Positions 45,303 through 55,072 of a DNA stretch of 64,000 nt are shown here, one piece after another. The position numbers and the translations under genes were made by a program. Below the pieces are notes generated by a model. That model had not been told where the DNA came from. It saw only the letters and a program-made list of their open reading frames with translations, and ran no database searches. The stretch covers positions 37 to 64,036 of the forward strand of contig CAYXPA010000009.1 of the NCBI GenBank assembly GCA_964466945.1, given 5' to 3'. The number at the start of each line of letters is the position of its first letter. Position 1 is the first letter of the stretch. This DNA is from an uncultured Verrucomicrobiota bacterium (GTDB lineage: Bacteria; Verrucomicrobiota; Verrucomicrobiia; Limisphaerales; J093).

Positions 45303-46940
45303 ATGACCGGGCGTGTGCCCGCCAGGGTCGGTCGGGCGAGCCGCCGCCCCGGCGCGCGGTTCGGTGGTGCGCGTCCCTGGCAGGTGGCGGTTGCGGGCGT
45401 TCGGGCGCCGGCAGTAGCAGCGGCTTGCAGCGTGCTGGCTGTGGCGACCGCGGCGGGGACCGAATGTGACAGGCTTTACCCGGCCGGAGCCCGGGTGGGC
45501 GAGACGGTGAGCGTGCAGTTGAGCGGGCGCTTGAGCGCCTGGCCGCTGGCGGTGTGGTGCGATGACCCGGGCCTGCAATTTCGCGCCGCCGCCGCGCCGG
45601 GCCATTTCGAGGTCACGCTGGCCACCAATACCGCGCCCGGGCCGCATCTGATCCGCTTTTTCGACTCCGCCGGGGCCAGCGCGCCCTGCCAGTTTGTGGC
45701 GGGGGAATTCCCGGAACTGCTCTGGCCCGAAACCGCGGACACCCACGCGCCGCCGGACGCGCGCCTCGCGCCGGTCGCGCCGCCGGTGACTCTGCAAGGC
45801 CGCCTCGAGGCCGACGCGCCGGGTCACGTTTGGCCGCTGGCCCTGCCTGGCCCGGTGACTTTGCACCTGGAGGCGGTGGCGAGCCGGCTCGATTCTCCCG
45901 GCACGGTGCGCCTGACGGTGCGCGATACGGGCGGGGTGGTGCTCGGCCGCTCCACCAACGCGCCGCCCGCCGATCCGGAATTCGAGTGCCTCGTGGCGGC
46001 ACCCGGGACCTGCGCCCTCGAGGTCCTCCCCGCGGTTGCGTCAGGCGCACCCGATTCGCCGACCCACCGCGCCAGTGCGCCGATCCTCTATCGGATCACC
46101 GTCACGACGCGCGGCGCGGAACGCACGGCGGCGCTCATTCCGGCCGGCGCTTGGCTCGAGGGCGCGCCACAGCCGGACACGGCGGCGCGTGTGGTGATTC
46201 GCGAAGTACCGCCCCAGTCCGAGCCGGTGTTGCATCCGGAGACGCTCAGTCCCACCACCGAAATGGAAGGCACGTTTGGCGGGTTCATCAATCCGGCCGG
46301 CGACCAGGACCGGTTCGGCTTCCTGACCCGCCGCGAGCAAACCCACCGCTTCCGCGCCCGCGCGGTGAACCCGGACTCGGCGTTCGTACCGGTGCTGCGC
46401 GTGCTGGACGCCGCCGGTGTGGTCCTGGCGGAATCGGCGCCCGGGCTGGAAACGGCGCTCGAGTGGACGGCCCCGGCCGACGGCGCCTACGTGCTGGCTG
46501 TGGCGGATACCTTCGACGCGGGCGGACCGGATTACGGCTACGAACTCGAACTGGCGCCGCCGCAACCGCGCGTCACCGCCACCACGCCCGAACACACCTT
46601 CCACCTGGTGCCGGGGCAAAGCCGGGTCCTCCCGGTGCAAGTGCGCCGGCCGGACACTGCGCGCGTTCCGCTCACGGTCACCGCCTCCGGCCTGCCCGCG
46701 GACGTGCCGGCCGGCAGCGCCGTTCTCGCGCCGGACGCCGAGCGGGTGGGTCTCGAACTGCGCGCGCTCGATCGCGCCCGTCCGTTTAGCGGACCGTTCC
46801 GCGTGCTGGTGATGGACCCCGGGACGTTGCCGCCGCGGACGTTTCCCGTCACCGCGCCCGTCTGGGGCCGGCACGCGCCGCCGGGCGGCCTGCTAATCAA
46901 CGAAACGGACGTGTTTTGGCTGAGCGTGGGCGAGCCGTAA
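45303..46940 (+). CDS. Exported hypothetical protein with PPC-type (pre-peptidase C-terminal-like) beta-sandwich domain(s)
   Basis: ATG at 45303, an Arg-rich N-region and then a hydrophobic segment. The block GFINPAGDQDRFGF...YVLAVADTFDAGGPDYGYELEL is typical of PPC/collagenase-type domains. Confidence 0.62.
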   Translation: MTGRVPARVGRASRRPGARFGGARPWQVAVAGVRAPAVAAACSVLAVATAAGTECDRLYPAGARVGETVSVQLSGRLSAWPLAVWCDDPGLQFRAAAAPGHFEVTLATNTAPGPHLIRFFDSAGASAPCQFVAGEFPELLWPETADTHAPPDARLAPVAPPVTLQGRLEADAPGHVWPLALPGPVTLHLEAVASRLDSPGTVRLTVRDTGGVVLGRSTNAPPADPEFECLVAAPGTCALEVLPAVASGAPDSPTHRASAPILYRITVTTRGAERTAALIPAGAWLEGAPQPDTAARVVIREVPPQSEPVLHPETLSPTTEMEGTFGGFINPAGDQDRFGFLTRREQTHRFRARAVNPDSAFVPVLRVLDAAGVVLAESAPGLETALEWTAPADGAYVLAVADTFDAGGPDYGYELELAPPQPRVTATTPEHTFHLVPGQSRVLPVQVRRPDTARVPLTVTASGLPADVPAGSAVLAPDAERVGLELRALDRARPFSGPFRVLVMDPGTLPPRTFPVTAPVWGRHAPPGGLLINETDVFWLSVGEP

Positions 46941-46995
46941 GCGGTGTGGTGCCCGGGCGCGCCCCGGACTGAGCGGGCCGGGGGTTGACACCGGT

Positions 46996-48435
46996 TCAAC
47001 CCGGGGCCAGGTGGTCGGTCTCGGAGGCGGCCAGTTCGCTGACGCGTCGCGTGAACAGGTAGCGGTGAATCCCCTGCGCCGCGCGGCGGCCGTCGCGGAC
47101 TTCCCACACCACCGGGCCCGTCGCCCGCACCAATTCGCCGCCGGCAAACACCCCCGGCTCGCTCGTCATCAGGTGCTCGTCCACGCGCAACCGTCCGTCG
47201 CTGCCGCGGGCCAGCGAGGCCAGCTCGCACGCCAGCGGATGCGGCACGGGATCGAAGCCCAGCGCCAGGAGCACCACCTCCGCCGGCACCTCGAATTCGC
47301 TGCCCGGCACCGGCTCGGGCCGCGGGCGGCCGTCCGGGTCCGGCGGGCCGGGCCGGGTGCGGACGCAACGGACGCTCGTGACTTCGCCTCCGGGGTTGCC
47401 GAGCAACGCCACCGGCTGCGCCTGCCACTCGAACGTGGCGCCGGCGGCGAGCGCGGCGGCGTACTCGCGCCGCGCGGCCCGGAGATGCGCTTCATCCCGG
47501 CGGTACACGCCCACTGCCGCGGCGGCTCCCGCCGCCAGCGCCCGGCGCAGACAGTCCATGGCGGTGTCACCCCCGCCCACCACCACCACCCGGCGGCCGG
47601 CCACCTCGGGCAGGGTCAACGGCGGGGCCGGTTGGGTGAGATGCGGGAGCAGAAAACTGAGGGCCTGGCAAACGCCGCGAAGCTCCGCGCCGGGCACGGC
47701 CAGGGTGCGGGCCTGTTGCGCGCCGAAGTTCACAAACACCGCGTCGAACTGCTCCTGCAAACTGGCGAGCGTGACCTCTTCGCCCCAGCGTACCCCGTAC
47801 ACCAGTTCCACGCCGCGCTGCCGCAAATGCTCCAAGCGCCGTTGGATCAGGCATTCCTCCAGTGCCAGGGCCGGACCGCCGTTGGCCAGGAGTCCGGTCG
47901 GCACGGCCCAAGTGTCGTACACGGTCACCGCGTAACCGAGCCGGACCAGTTCTTCCGCGCAAGCCAGACCGCCGGGGCCGGACCCCAGGACCGCGACGCG
48001 CAAGCCGTTGGGCGGCGCCGCCGGCCGACGCGCAGCGGGGTGAAAGACGCGCTCGTGGAGAAACCGGGCAATGGCGGCGATGTTCACCGGCTCGCCGCGG
48101 TCGGCCAGCACGCAGGCGCTCTGGCAAAAGTCCTCGCTCGGGCAGGGGCCGGCGCAGATTTCCGGCAGGTCGTTGGCGCTTTGCAGCAGCGCGGCGGCCT
48201 CGAGGAACTGCCCTTCCGCGGTGCGCGCCAGCCATTCGGGGATGCGATTGCCCAGCGGACAACCCGCCACGCAGAACGCCTCCGGGCATTGCAGACAGCG
48301 CGCCGCCTCGGCCCGGGCCGACTCGGCGTCGAACGGGCCGTGGATTTCGAGCAGTTCGGCCAGGCGCTCGATGCTCGGGCGGGATGCCGGGTCACCGCCG
48401 CCGGGAGCGGTCGGTTCGGGGGCGGGCAGGTTCAT
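46996..48435 (-). CDS. Glutamate-synthase small-subunit-like NAD(P)H-dependent FAD/Fe-S oxidoreductase
   Basis: 479 aa from the ATG at 48433-48435. Cys clusters (CLQCPEAFCVAGCP, CAGPCP...C..AC). Dinucleotide folds VAVLGSGPGGLACA and VVVVGGGDTAMDC. GVFAGGE near the C-terminus. No gltB-like large subunit is adjacent. Confidence 0.86.
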   Translation of the reverse strand: MNLPAPEPTAPGGGDPASRPSIERLAELLEIHGPFDAESARAEAARCLQCPEAFCVAGCPLGNRIPEWLARTAEGQFLEAAALLQSANDLPEICAGPCPSEDFCQSACVLADRGEPVNIAAIARFLHERVFHPAARRPAAPPNGLRVAVLGSGPGGLACAEELVRLGYAVTVYDTWAVPTGLLANGGPALALEECLIQRRLEHLRQRGVELVYGVRWGEEVTLASLQEQFDAVFVNFGAQQARTLAVPGAELRGVCQALSFLLPHLTQPAPPLTLPEVAGRRVVVVGGGDTAMDCLRRALAAGAAAAVGVYRRDEAHLRAARREYAAALAAGATFEWQAQPVALLGNPGGEVTSVRCVRTRPGPPDPDGRPRPEPVPGSEFEVPAEVVLLALGFDPVPHPLACELASLARGSDGRLRVDEHLMTSEPGVFAGGELVRATGPVVWEVRDGRRAAQGIHRYLFTRRVSELAASETDHLAPG

Positions 48436-49036
48436 GGCCGGTGTGGTGTTTGCCCCAGTTGTAACGCCTCGCCGGCCCGCGACAAGCCCGCAGTGAACGG
48501 CGCGAGCCGTGGGCGCAGCGCAAGAACAACCCGGGGTGCGCGGGTGGAAGCCCCAGATTCCGGCGGCTGCGACGGATGGAGCTGCGGCGTGAAGATTACG
48601 CCCATTCCGCCGCGCAGGTCCCCCGGCTCCGCGGCAAGCAGGTACCGGTCGCCTACGTCGGCCGTGCTGGCCACCCCCATTGGGCGTCCGGCTTCTGGAC
48701 TCGCCCCGCAGCGCCGGCAAGCCGGCGCTGTTCTGTTCCGGGTGGCATGGTCAACCAGGCCGTGGTCGGCGGCAACCAGCCGCCCACTCTGGTTTCTTAA
48801 GCTGCTCCTCCAAAAGATGCGTTCGTACCGACCTCCCTGCAGCCGGCAGTTGGCCCGCCGCCACGGGCCAGCGGCCCGATTCGCCCCCGACTAAACTGCA
48901 TCGTTATGGCTAAGCGCGCCCGATACCCGCGTGGTTGGCTGGGAATTACCGGTCAGGGGACCGACGCCGAGGCAATTGTCCCCGAAGTCGTGCCGCATCC
49001 TTAACACAATTTGGTTTTTGTTTGCCTTGGGGTCGA

Positions 49037-50152
49037 ATGTTCTTAAAGCTTGCGATTAAATTTCAGGACGCAATTGTGAAAACTCGCAAAAAACAGCAGC
49101 AGTTTCTGATCGTGGCTGGGTTCGTCAGTGTGTTGAGCGTGACGGGTTGTTGGGCGGATGTGATCGGCAAGTTTCTGGCGCCGCAAGCGCCTTCACCGCC
49201 CGTGCCGTGGTTTCCCAGTGCCACCACGGCGGACATTCCTTACTGGTTCGCTCCCTGGCAGCCAGGTCCCGGAGGTAGCAGTCTTGCAAACCGCCAGAAG
49301 ACCACGACCGAGTTCTTCGTGCCCGGCGTGCCTTATCCTGGCAGCGGCTCGGTGAGGGCCCAATCCGACGCGCTGGACGTCTCGGTGATTTATGCCCTCA
49401 AGATCAACAGCGGCGGCAACAACAGCGACTATGAGGCGGCGCTTATCCGGCCGGCGAACCCCACCGGCAACGGGGGTGCCCTGGGCTCTCCCCCGAACCT
49501 CGGCAACTGGAGCGGCGGGACAGGGGGGTGGGGACCGAGCGGCACGGTCTGGGACTTCCGGTTCGAGTACAACTGGGACGATGTCAGCAGCACCGCCTCC
49601 GCGACGCTTTCGTTGTCGAGCACGCTGGGCAGTTTTGCCTATACGAGTCCGCTTGACGTCACCACCCGGGTTAACGATTTCGAAAATGCCACGCCGGGCT
49701 CGGGGTACATCGTCGAACACAGACAGCAGGATATCCTGATGCGCCTGGCCACCGACCGACCAACCGTGACCGGGGGAGAGTGGTCGCTGAGTGTGGACAA
49801 TCTGACCATCTCCTTGAATGGCGGAGCGGTCCAGTCGCTGGGATACTACGACGGGCCATTGTTTAAAGACGGGGCGACCGTGACGGGCAAGAACGGCGAC
49901 CCGTACCGCAGCGTGGGCTTCCTGTTTTTTGATGCGGTCATGGCCGACAAGACCACCGATGTGGTCGTGGAAGGCGACATCGTGTTCACGTGGAATACCT
50001 CGAGCCCTCCGAGCGGTACGCGCTTGATGTTCGAGCTGAAGCTGGGAGATTTCGTGGCTCCGGTACCCGAGCCGGGGACCTGCGCCCTCCTGGCCGGGGT
50101 TGGTTTGCTCGGCTACGGCGGTTATCAGCGATGGCGCCGGTCGCGCGGCTGA
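49037..50152 (+). CDS. PEP-CTERM-anchored secreted protein
   Basis: The C-terminus VPEPGTCALLAGVGLLGYGGYQRWRRSRG is a PEP-CTERM signal. The start is ATG at 49037, or GTG at 49076, which yields a classical signal peptide (KTRKKQQQFLIVAGFVSVLSVTGCWA). The 5-prime end is visibly less GC-rich than its surroundings. Confidence 0.8.
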   Translation: MFLKLAIKFQDAIVKTRKKQQQFLIVAGFVSVLSVTGCWADVIGKFLAPQAPSPPVPWFPSATTADIPYWFAPWQPGPGGSSLANRQKTTTEFFVPGVPYPGSGSVRAQSDALDVSVIYALKINSGGNNSDYEAALIRPANPTGNGGALGSPPNLGNWSGGTGGWGPSGTVWDFRFEYNWDDVSSTASATLSLSSTLGSFAYTSPLDVTTRVNDFENATPGSGYIVEHRQQDILMRLATDRPTVTGGEWSLSVDNLTISLNGGAVQSLGYYDGPLFKDGATVTGKNGDPYRSVGFLFFDAVMADKTTDVVVEGDIVFTWNTSSPPSGTRLMFELKLGDFVAPVPEPGTCALLAGVGLLGYGGYQRWRRSRG

Positions 50153-50185
50153 TCCGGATTTTCCTCGATTTCCCCTCACCACGCA

Positions 50186-50217
50186 CCCTGCCCGGCTCTG
50201 GGCGGGGTGTTCTGTTT
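50186..50217 (+). terminator. Putative intrinsic terminator of the PEP-CTERM gene
   Basis: CCTGCCC-ggctct-GGGCGGG (one mismatch) followed by the T-rich GTGTTCTGTTTTGG. It lies 35 nt after the stop. Confidence 0.4.
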
Positions 50218-50255
50218 TGGGGGGTGTGCGAGACCGGGATTGGGAAGGGCTGGTG

Positions 50256-51347
50256 TCAGCTCGAACGGACGCCCCGTTGATACCACGCCCGCGTGGTGTT
50301 GCAGACCTTGCAGACCGAGAGCATGACCGGCACCTCCACCAGCACGCCCACCACGCACGCCAGCGCCGCCGGCGAGCCGGGGCCGAACAGGGTGATGGCC
50401 ACGGCCACGGCCAGCTCGAAAAAATTGCTCGCCCCGATGAGTGCGCCTGGCGAGGCGACGTTGTGCGGCACGCGAAACAGCCGCATCAATCCGTAGGCCA
50501 GGCTCGAGTTGAAATAGACCTGCACCAGGATGGGCACGGCCAGCAGGAGGACCGCAAACCACTTCGTCGTCAGGTTCTCGGCCTGGAAGGCGAAGATCAG
50601 CACCAGCGTGGCCAGCAGGGCCATCACGGTGACCGGATGGAACTTCGGCAGGAAAACCTTCTCGAACCACTCCACGCCGTGCGACCGCAGCAGCAGCGTG
50701 CGCGTCAGCCAGCCTGCCGCTAGCGGGACGACGATGAAGACCACCACCGACGTGATCAGCACCTTGCTCGGCACGATCACGTTGGCCACGCCGCACAGGA
50801 ACATGACGATGGGCGCGAAGGCGAAGAGCATGATCAGGTCGTTGACCGCTACCTGCACCAGCGTGTAGGCCGGGTCGCCGTCGGTCAGGTAGCTCCACAC
50901 AAACACCATCGCCGTGCAGGGCGCGGCGGCCAGGATGATCAGGCCGGCGGTGTAGTTGCGGGCTGTTTCCGGGTCAATCCACGCGGCGAAGACATGCTGG
51001 AGAAAGAGCCACGCAAAGAACGCCATGCTGAAGGGCTTGACCAGCCAGTTGACGAACAGCGTCACCAGCAGGCCCTTGGGCCGACGGGTCACGCCCGCCA
51101 GCGAGCCGAAATCAATCTTCAGCATCATCGGGTAGATCATCAGCCAGATCAGGACCGCGATGGGGATGTTGACCTGCGAGCCTTGGCCGAATTCGAGCCG
51201 GCTCAGGGCGGCGACCGCGCCGGGCAGCAGTTTGCCCAGCGCCACGCCGACCGCCATGCAGACCAGCACCCAGAGCGAGAGGTAGCGCTCGAAGAAGTTC
51301 AGCCGCTTGGGCGGCGCGGTGGGGGTTGGAGTCGCGATGGGGCGCAT
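50256..51347 (-). CDS. acr3: ACR3-family arsenite efflux permease
   Basis: 363 aa. The N-terminal LNFFERYLSLWV and the IAVLIWLMIYPMMLKIDF block are diagnostic of ACR3. About 10 TM segments. Confidence 0.93.
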   Translation of the reverse strand: MRPIATPTPTAPPKRLNFFERYLSLWVLVCMAVGVALGKLLPGAVAALSRLEFGQGSQVNIPIAVLIWLMIYPMMLKIDFGSLAGVTRRPKGLLVTLFVNWLVKPFSMAFFAWLFLQHVFAAWIDPETARNYTAGLIILAAAPCTAMVFVWSYLTDGDPAYTLVQVAVNDLIMLFAFAPIVMFLCGVANVIVPSKVLITSVVVFIVVPLAAGWLTRTLLLRSHGVEWFEKVFLPKFHPVTVMALLATLVLIFAFQAENLTTKWFAVLLLAVPILVQVYFNSSLAYGLMRLFRVPHNVASPGALIGASNFFELAVAVAITLFGPGSPAALACVVGVLVEVPVMLSVCKVCNTTRAWYQRGVRSS

Positions 51348-51377
51348 CTGAGTCTATTGCAGGATGGGATTCCGGGC

Positions 51378-51511
51378 GTAGCGCAGGTTTCTCAACCTGC
51401 CGTATCGCCGACTTCCAGTTGGCAGGCCAGCGCCAAGCGTGGCCGTCCGGGAGCGCGCTGCGTTTGCGGGTTGGAAATCCGCGGTACGGCAGACTTGGAA
51501 GTCTGCGCTAC
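51378..51511 (-). repeat. Palindromic MITE/REP-like element, copy C (inverted orientation) inside the ars operon
   Basis: GTAGCGCAGGTTTCTCAACCTGCCGTATCGCCGACTTCCAGTTGG...GGTTGGAAATCCGCGGTACGGCAGACTTGGAAGTCTGCGCTAC. This is the reverse complement of the copy A/B arrangement. It lies between arsM and acr3. Confidence 0.75.
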
Positions 51512-51619
51512 GAACTCGCCTCGGCGGCACGCTGCCAGAAAATGGGGTGCACCCGTCGAAACGGCCGCGGCTACGCTTTCGCTCATGGCAATGACGGAGG
51601 AAACGGGGTGCGTGGGCGG

Positions 51620-52495
51620 TCAGGCTGCGCCGCCGCAACAGGCCGCGACTGCCGGCTTTCGCGCGGTGATTTCCAGGCTGGTGATGAAGTCGCCCGGCTT
51701 TGTGCCCGGCGGCAGGTGGGCCAGGATTTCGCGATAGAGCGGGTCTTGCCAGTCGGCCATGCCTTCCACGTAGTCCGGGCGTGAGTTGAGCCGGATGTCC
51801 ACCAGGCCGGCTTCGCGCGCCATGCGCTCGGTCTCGCTCACCAGCACCGCGCCGGCAATGCAGCCGACCAGCGCCCGCACGCTCTCGACGATGGCCGGCG
51901 GCAGCGGCCGCAACAGCGCCAGGTCGCTCACCGCCACGCGGCCGCCCGGCTTGAGCACGCGGGCGATCTCGCGCCAGACCCGCGGTTTGTCGGGCGAGAG
52001 GTTGATGACGCAGTTGGAGATGATCACATCCACGCTGGCATCAGCCACGGGCAGATGCTCGATTTCGCCCAGCCGAAACTCGACGTTGTCCAAACCGGTT
52101 TGCTGGCGGAACGTGGCGGCGTTGCGCCGGGCTTTGGCGATCATTTCCGGCGTCATGTCCACGCCGATAACGCGGCCGGTCGGGCCGACCTTGCGAGCGG
52201 CAATGAAGACGTCGAACCCGCCGCCGCTGCCCAGGTCGAGCACGACTTCGCCCGGCTTCAGCGCCGCGAGCGCATTCGGATTGCCGCAGGAGAGGCCCAT
52301 ATTCGCGCCCTCGGGCAGCGCGGCCAGTTCGTCCGCGGAGTAGCCGATGTGTTGGGCGAGCGTGTCGGCCGAAGCGCCCGCGCTGCTGCCACAGGACGCG
52401 CCCGGGCCGCAGCATGAGCCGCCTTCGCGCGCGATCGCGCCGTAGCCTTCACGGACTTTCTCGATGACGGTTTGAGCTTCGAGCTTTTGGTTCAT
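51620..52495 (-). CDS. arsM: Arsenite S-adenosylmethionine methyltransferase
   Basis: 291 aa from the ATG at 52493-52495. N-terminal Cys pair ([11 protein letters not shown]), SAM motif [11 protein letters not shown], conserved ISNCVINLS Cys, and a C-terminal CC. Confidence 0.9.
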   Translation of the reverse strand: MNQKLEAQTVIEKVREGYGAIAREGGSCCGPGASCGSSAGASADTLAQHIGYSADELAALPEGANMGLSCGNPNALAALKPGEVVLDLGSGGGFDVFIAARKVGPTGRVIGVDMTPEMIAKARRNAATFRQQTGLDNVEFRLGEIEHLPVADASVDVIISNCVINLSPDKPRVWREIARVLKPGGRVAVSDLALLRPLPPAIVESVRALVGCIAGAVLVSETERMAREAGLVDIRLNSRPDYVEGMADWQDPLYREILAHLPPGTKPGDFITSLEITARKPAVAACCGGAA

Positions 52496-52530
52496 GGCGG
52501 ATGGGTTCTGTTTGGGTGTGTTTGCGCGGG

Positions 52531-52980
52531 TCAGGCCGGCGTTCGGCTGGCGCGCCACTGGTCGCGGCGGCCGGCGGCGTAGGCCTCGAAGACGCGCCGG
52601 ATTTCATCGCGGACGCGTCGGAACACGGCGAGTTTTTCCTCGTCCGTGCCCGTGGCTTTGGCCGGGTCGTCGAACGGCCAGTGGTGGCGGTTGACCTGGC
52701 CGGGGAAAGTCGGGCAGGCCTGGTCCGCGTTGCCGCAGACGGTGATGACGGTCTCGACCGGCCGGCTCAGGAACTCGTTGAGGTGCTTCGAGCGGTGGCC
52801 GGAAAGATCCACCCCGATCTCCTCCATCACGCGGACGGCCAGGGGGTGCACGTAGCCCGCCGGGTTCGAGCCGGCGCTGGCGACCTCGAGAAAATCCCCG
52901 GCGGCGGCGCGCAGAATCCCCTCGGCCAGGTGGCTGCGGCAGGAGTTGCCGGTGCAGAGAATCAGGACGAGCGGTTTCAT
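52531..52980 (-). CDS. arsC: Arsenate reductase (LMW-PTPase / thioredoxin-coupled type)
   Basis: 149 aa from the ATG at 52978-52980. P-loop LCTGNSCRS (CX5R) and downstream Cys residues ([10 protein letters not shown]). Confidence 0.9.
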   Translation of the reverse strand: MKPLVLILCTGNSCRSHLAEGILRAAAGDFLEVASAGSNPAGYVHPLAVRVMEEIGVDLSGHRSKHLNEFLSRPVETVITVCGNADQACPTFPGQVNRHHWPFDDPAKATGTDEEKLAVFRRVRDEIRRVFEAYAAGRRDQWRASRTPA

Positions 52981-53375
52981 GCGCGGAGTTGTTTGCGACA
53001 CAGGTCGGAGGGATCGCAGCGGCAAATGGCCGCCAGGCGCTTGCGGTCGGCCAGCGCCTCGGTCGAGCGGCCCAGGGTTTTGATGACCCAGTCCAGCGCC
53101 TCGCGCACCGCCACGGGCGCATCACGGCCGGGCAGCGCGTAGTAAATCCAGCGCCCCTCCTTGCGCTGCGTGACCAGCCCGGCCTGGTGCAGCACGGCCA
53201 GGTGCTTGGAGATGGTGGACGGAGCCAATCCGACCAGCTCGGTGAGCTGGCAGACGCAGACTTCGCCCCCGCGCAGGGCGAGGAGGAGGCGAAGGCGGTT
53301 TTCATCCGCCAGGGCCTTGGTGAGGGACAGAAAGTCGCGCCACACGTGACGATATTTCGCCATACATCGAAACAT
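52977..53375 (-). CDS. arsR: ArsR/SmtB-family metalloregulator
   Basis: wHTH with the As(III)-binding-type motif EVCVCQL. ATGA overlap with arsC. The start may be the second Met (53363). Confidence 0.9.
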   Translation of the reverse strand: MFRCMAKYRHVWRDFLSLTKALADENRLRLLLALRGGEVCVCQLTELVGLAPSTISKHLAVLHQAGLVTQRKEGRWIYYALPGRDAPVAVREALDWVIKTLGRSTEALADRKRLAAICRCDPSDLCRKQLRA

Positions 53376-53613
53376 GTCAAGTGCCGCCGCGCGGCGCGTG
53401 CGCCGGGCCGCGAAATCTTTCTCGGCGGTCGCCCGCCACGACGAGCCGCCGGCCGCGGGGCCACTTCAGCCCGGAAAGCCGGATTGGGGAGCCAACCCGC
53501 CCTCGGCGTCGTGGGACGAGCCTCACGTCCGACACCAGTGGCGCGGCGTGCGACTCGCTTGGGGGAAAACCCGGTGTCGGGGTGTTTGGCGTGCGGCACG
53601 CCAAGCCCTGCGC

Positions 53614-53650
53614 GGGGACTGGGCGCGCCCCAGTCCGTCCCTTTTTTTTG
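53614..53650 (+). terminator. Orphan plus-strand intrinsic-terminator-like hairpin with a T8 run
   Basis: GGACTGGG-cgcgc-CCCAGTCC (8-bp stem, with an alternative outer GGGAC/GTCCC pairing) followed by TTTTTTTT at 53642-53649. No plus-strand CDS lies upstream of it. Confidence 0.45.
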
Positions 53651-53743
53651 GGGTCAAGTGGCTAAACGCGCGCCGGTGTCACGCCGAGTTTGTCCCGGGC
53701 GGCGGCACGAAGTAGCCTTGGCCCGGTGGCGTTTTTTCAAGCC

Positions 53744-54826
53744 ATGTTTGATGCCCGCGCCTTGAACACGCCGGCAGCGACGCCCGTGGCGACCCTGGAG
53801 GCCTTGCTGACCGGGCCGGAGCCGGTGCTGGCACTGGCGCCGATGCAGGATATCACCGACCTCGCCTTTTGGCGGCTGCTGCACCGCCACGGCGGGCCGG
53901 ACCTGTACTTCACGGAGTACTTTCGCGTCCATGCCGCGTCGGTGCCCGAGCGGTGGATTGTGGAGGCCATCACCGCCAACCCCACGGGGCGGCCGGTGAT
54001 CGCCCAGTTGATCGGCAACGACATCCCAGCGCTCGTGCGCACGGCGCGGTTCCTGCAACGGCTGCCCATCGCGGGCATTGACCTGAACCTGGGCTGCCCG
54101 GCGCCGGTGGTTTACCGCAAGTGCGCCGGCGGCGGGCTGCTGCGCGACCTGCCGCGCGTGGACGCCATCTTGCGGGCGCTGCGGGATGCTGTGGAGGTGA
54201 AGCTCAGCGTGAAGACCCGGCTGGGCTTTGACACGGCGGACGGCTTTGACGCGCTGCTCGACCTCTTGGCGGCGCACCCGCTGGACTGGGTCACCGTCCA
54301 CGGCCGCACGGTGAGCGAAATGTACCGCAGCCCGGTGCGCTACGATTTGATTGCCCGGGCGGCCTCGCGTCTGCCCTGCCCCGTTTTCGCCAACGGGAAT
54401 CTTTACTCGGCCGAGCAGGCGTTGACGGTGCAGCGCCAGACCGGCGTGCGTGGGCTAATGATCGGCCGCGGGGCCATTCGCAACCCCTGGTTGTTCGCGC
54501 AGATTCGCGCCTGCCGGCGCGGCGAACCGCCGCCCCGGCCCACCGGGCGCGACCTGTTGGCCTACCTGCACGCGCTCTGGGAAGCCACCGCGAGTCCGGA
54601 GTTGACCGAACGCCCGCACGTGCAGCGGATCAAGAAGCACCTGAACTTCATCGCGCTCGGGGTTGAGCCCACGGGAGCATTTCTCGACGGCTGCCGGCGC
54701 GCGACCACCCGCGCCGAGTTGTTCGCGCTCTGGGCGGTGCACTTGGACCACGAGCGCCCGTTGCCGCTCGAGCCCCTGACCCTGCCGCTGGGCGCGCGCG
54801 ACCTGCTGGCGGGTGCGCATCGTTGA
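53744..54826 (+). CDS. tRNA-dihydrouridine synthase (Dus family)
   Basis: 360 aa from the ATG at 53744. Blocks LAPMQDITDLAFW, IDLNLGCP (catalytic Cys region), VHGRT and IGRGAIRNPWLF. Confidence 0.9.
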   Translation: MFDARALNTPAATPVATLEALLTGPEPVLALAPMQDITDLAFWRLLHRHGGPDLYFTEYFRVHAASVPERWIVEAITANPTGRPVIAQLIGNDIPALVRTARFLQRLPIAGIDLNLGCPAPVVYRKCAGGGLLRDLPRVDAILRALRDAVEVKLSVKTRLGFDTADGFDALLDLLAAHPLDWVTVHGRTVSEMYRSPVRYDLIARAASRLPCPVFANGNLYSAEQALTVQRQTGVRGLMIGRGAIRNPWLFAQIRACRRGEPPPRPTGRDLLAYLHALWEATASPELTERPHVQRIKKHLNFIALGVEPTGAFLDGCRRATTRAELFALWAVHLDHERPLPLEPLTLPLGARDLLAGAHR

Positions 54827-55072
54827 AGCCCGCGGATGTACTTCCCGGCTCGGGGTCGGCGCGGCGAAGAAAAAATTTCCCAAGGCTCGGTCCAAATTAT
54901 CGGCTGGACAAACGCGTCTTGAGTTGCACTTTTTGAACGTGACATCGGCAGCGATGTCCAATCCGCTGTCATGACCTCGCCGAGTCAGCGCCAGTGGCCG
55001 GTGGCCGCGGGAGTGGGTCACCCGGGCGGGCGCGTTTCCCTTGGCGAGACCTCAACCCAAGGTGAAGTGGTT

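Noticed and set aside
49012-49025. TGGTTTTTGTTTGC upstream of the second PEP-CTERM gene as a sigma-54 promoter
   Set aside because: The GG-to-GC spacing is one nucleotide shorter than the consensus, and the -24 element lacks the conserved CA. It is not supported.
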